This document shows positions 62,003 through 64,000 of a stretch of 64,000 nt of DNA, one piece after another. Position 1 is the stretch's first letter; every line of letters starts with the position of its first letter. The notes below the pieces were generated by a model, which saw only the letters and a program-made list of their open reading frames with translations, searched no databases and was not told the DNA's origin. The stretch spans positions 5,600 to 69,599 of the forward strand of contig MFNO01000016.1 in the NCBI GenBank assembly GCA_001782075.1, read 5' to 3'. A program made the position numbers and the translations under genes. The stretch comes from Candidatus Levybacteria bacterium RIFCSPHIGHO2_01_FULL_38_26. GTDB taxonomy: Bacteria > Patescibacteriota > Microgenomatia > Levybacterales > UBA12049.

Positions 62003-63097
62003 ATGAATAGTCGCCTATCCCAACTCAGAAGTCTAATGACTAAACGAAATCTAGATGCCGCTCTAATTTCTTCTGTCCCCAACATTACCTATCTAACTGG
62101 TTTCTCTCACTTCTCCAAAGACGAACGCGAAGCATTCCTTTTTATTACAAAGGCTAAACAATACATTCTAACCGACGGACGGTACTCAGAAGCAGTGGTA
62201 AATAAAATTAATGACTTCGAGCTTATTGAGATATCCACGAAACTTTCTTTGGAAAAAGCTCTAAAACTTCTGGTGGAAAAACACGATGCAAAAAAAGTAG
62301 GCATCGACCATTACAGTATCACTCTTGCCGAACACAAAAAGCTGTCGAGTTGCTTTAAAGCATTAAAACATTTCAGTATTGAAAGTCTAAGAATTATAAA
62401 AGATTCAAGCGAAATCACAGCCATTGAGAAGGCGTGCAGACTTGGTGATAAAACATTCAAACGCATACTGGGCAAAGTAAAAGAAGGAATAACTGAAAAA
62501 GAGTTGGCTTTTGAAATAGAATTTTTTATCAAAAAATCTGGGGCCGATATTTCCTTCCCACCTATTGTTGCCTTTGGAAAAAACTCATCGATTCCCCACC
62601 ATAAATCGGCAGATAAAAAGCTTGAAAAAAACTCGATTGTACTTTTGGATTTTGGAGTGAGATTAAACAATTACTGCTCAGACATGACCAGAACAGTATT
62701 CTTTGGCTCCGCAAACGCGAAGTTTAAGAAAATGTACCAAACAGTTCTCGACGCCCAACAAAAAGCAATAAAAGCGCTCACCTCGGATGGTGGTCCTGAG
62801 CGAAGTCGAATGGACTCCTCCGAGGTGGATCGGGTTGCTCGATCATACATAACTTCTAAGGGCTTCCCATCCATCCCCCACTCCCTCGGCCACGGAATCG
62901 GACTTGATGTCCACGAATCCCCCAGGCTTTCCCCAAAATCCAAAGACATACTAAAACCCGGAATGGTATTTTCTATAGAACCTGGAATTTACCTGCCCGG
63001 ATATGGCGGGGTAAGAATTGAAGACGTAGTAGCTATAGAAAAATCAGGACCTCGCGCCCTTACCAAATCCCCAAAAGAGCTAATTGAAGTTAAATAA
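62003..63097 (+). CDS. Xaa-Pro aminopeptidase / M24B family peptidase
   Basis: Creatinase-like N-domain and M24 metal ligands (D...D, HSLGHGIGLDVHE, E...E). Confidence 0.85.
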   Translation: MNSRLSQLRSLMTKRNLDAALISSVPNITYLTGFSHFSKDEREAFLFITKAKQYILTDGRYSEAVVNKINDFELIEISTKLSLEKALKLLVEKHDAKKVGIDHYSITLAEHKKLSSCFKALKHFSIESLRIIKDSSEITAIEKACRLGDKTFKRILGKVKEGITEKELAFEIEFFIKKSGADISFPPIVAFGKNSSIPHHKSADKKLEKNSIVLLDFGVRLNNYCSDMTRTVFFGSANAKFKKMYQTVLDAQQKAIKALTSDGGPERSRMDSSEVDRVARSYITSKGFPSIPHSLGHGIGLDVHESPRLSPKSKDILKPGMVFSIEPGIYLPGYGGVRIEDVVAIEKSGPRALTKSPKELIEVK

Positions 63098-63150
63098 ATT
63101 CAGTCCTGTTAATCATTGGAAGCAAAGTGAATAAGTTGTATAATACAAAT

Positions 63151-64000
63151 ATGATCAAACCGCAGACCCTCAAAGGTTTTCGAGATTTTCTACCTGTAGA
63201 AGCGAGGAAAAGACAGTATGTTATAGACACCCTAAAATCGGTGTTTGAGTCGTATGGTTTTGAGCCACTCGAAACACCTGCGCTTGAATATGAAGAGATT
63301 TTAACAGGCAAATACGGTGATGAGGGAGATAAATTGATGTACAGATTTACAGATCGAGGCGATCGTAAGGTCGCTTTGAGATACGACCAGACCGTCCCCC
63401 TCGCCCGAGTTGTGGCACAATATGGAGACAAACTTCCCATGCCGTTCAAACGCTACCAAATCCAAAACGTCTGGCGCGCGGACAACACGCAAAAAGGCCG
63501 CTATAGGGAGTTCCTGCAATGCGATACGGATATTGTCGGGACAGACTCCCCTCTTGCGGATGCTGAAATAATCGCGCTTGCGATAAAATCTTTGGAAAAC
63601 CTAGGGTTTGTAAATTTTAAAATTCTTGTAAATGATAGAGAAAATCTCAATTTTGCAAACAAAAGCATTAAGCTTTCTCAAGACCAAAATATCAAAGCTA
63701 TGATCGCGGTTGATAAGTTAAAAAAGATAGGAAAAGAGGCAGTAATTAAAGAGCTTGAAAAATCCGGATTTTCCAACGAAGAATCCTTGCTCATCTTAAA
63801 AACAGTTAAAGAATCTATGCCCACAAAAAAACTTAATGAAATATTTATTAAACTTGAAGATTTAAGCATTAGTTCTTCGAAATATGAATTCTCCCCCACC
63901 CTTGCACGAGGACTTAACTATTACACTGGATTAATAATCGAAATTGAAGTTCCGCAATACTCAGCAGGCTCTCTTGGCGGAGGCGGAAGATATGATAATC
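63151..64000 (+). CDS. hisS: histidyl-tRNA synthetase (5' part; continues beyond window)
   Basis: Class II aaRS motif 1 region and HisRS-specific KGFRDFLP, ...YRFTDRGDRKVALRYDQTVPLARVVAQ..., RYQIQNVWRADNTQKGRYREFLQCD. TATAAT 7 nt upstream of ATG 63151. Not in the ORF track because no stop is reached. Confidence 0.85.
   Translation, partial: MIKPQTLKGFRDFLPVEARKRQYVIDTLKSVFESYGFEPLETPALEYEEILTGKYGDEGDKLMYRFTDRGDRKVALRYDQTVPLARVVAQYGDKLPMPFKRYQIQNVWRADNTQKGRYREFLQCDTDIVGTDSPLADAEIIALAIKSLENLGFVNFKILVNDRENLNFANKSIKLSQDQNIKAMIAVDKLKKIGKEAVIKELEKSGFSNEESLLILKTVKESMPTKKLNEIFIKLEDLSISSSKYEFSPTLARGLNYYTGLIIEIEVPQYSAGSLGGGGRYDN

Overview
This 64-kb window is a compact, low-GC bacterial chromosome segment. 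Genes are tightly packed, often with overlapping stops and starts, and many encode small membrane proteins of unknown function. By inference only, the gene content is reminiscent of a small-genome Patescibacteria/CPR-like organism. Gene order: a type IV pilus cluster (pilin paralogs, pilD, a GAF histidine kinase, a receiver-only response regulator, pilC, pilT, pilB); holB-like clamp-loader subunit; a cell-wall cluster (Mur ligase, alpha/beta hydrolase, DegT aminotransferase, FemAB-like); an unusual SF2 helicase with a C-terminal sigma-70 region-4 domain; gyrB; two tandem paralogous unknown genes; H+-pyrophosphatase; gyrA; folD; a pyrimidine operon (pyrB-carA-carB, a DUF2207-like membrane protein, pyrC); a transglutaminase-like protein; a Xer-type tyrosine recombinase; a GH18-like hydrolase; two receiverless OmpR-type winged-helix paralogs; a ~630-bp ORF-free AT-rich region; yebC; a TPR protein; an RluA-family synthase; MFS; efp; pepN; tRNA-Leu(CAA); a Tat-signal protein; a CPA2 antiporter; dnaB; M24 aminopeptidase; and the 5' part of hisS. 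Two candidates stand out for follow-up. (1) A 2.3-kb cassette inserted exactly at the overlapping-stop junction of the response regulator and pilC, bracketed by ~177-bp perfect direct repeats, carries a 5'-truncated Rhs core plus glycine-rich C-terminal toxin tip, putative immunity ORFs, and an XRE-HTH fragment fused in frame to a duplicated PilC C-terminus. (2) An 823-aa protein fuses a DExH SF2 helicase to a canonical sigma-70 region-4 HTH. No CRISPR array, rRNA or intein was found.
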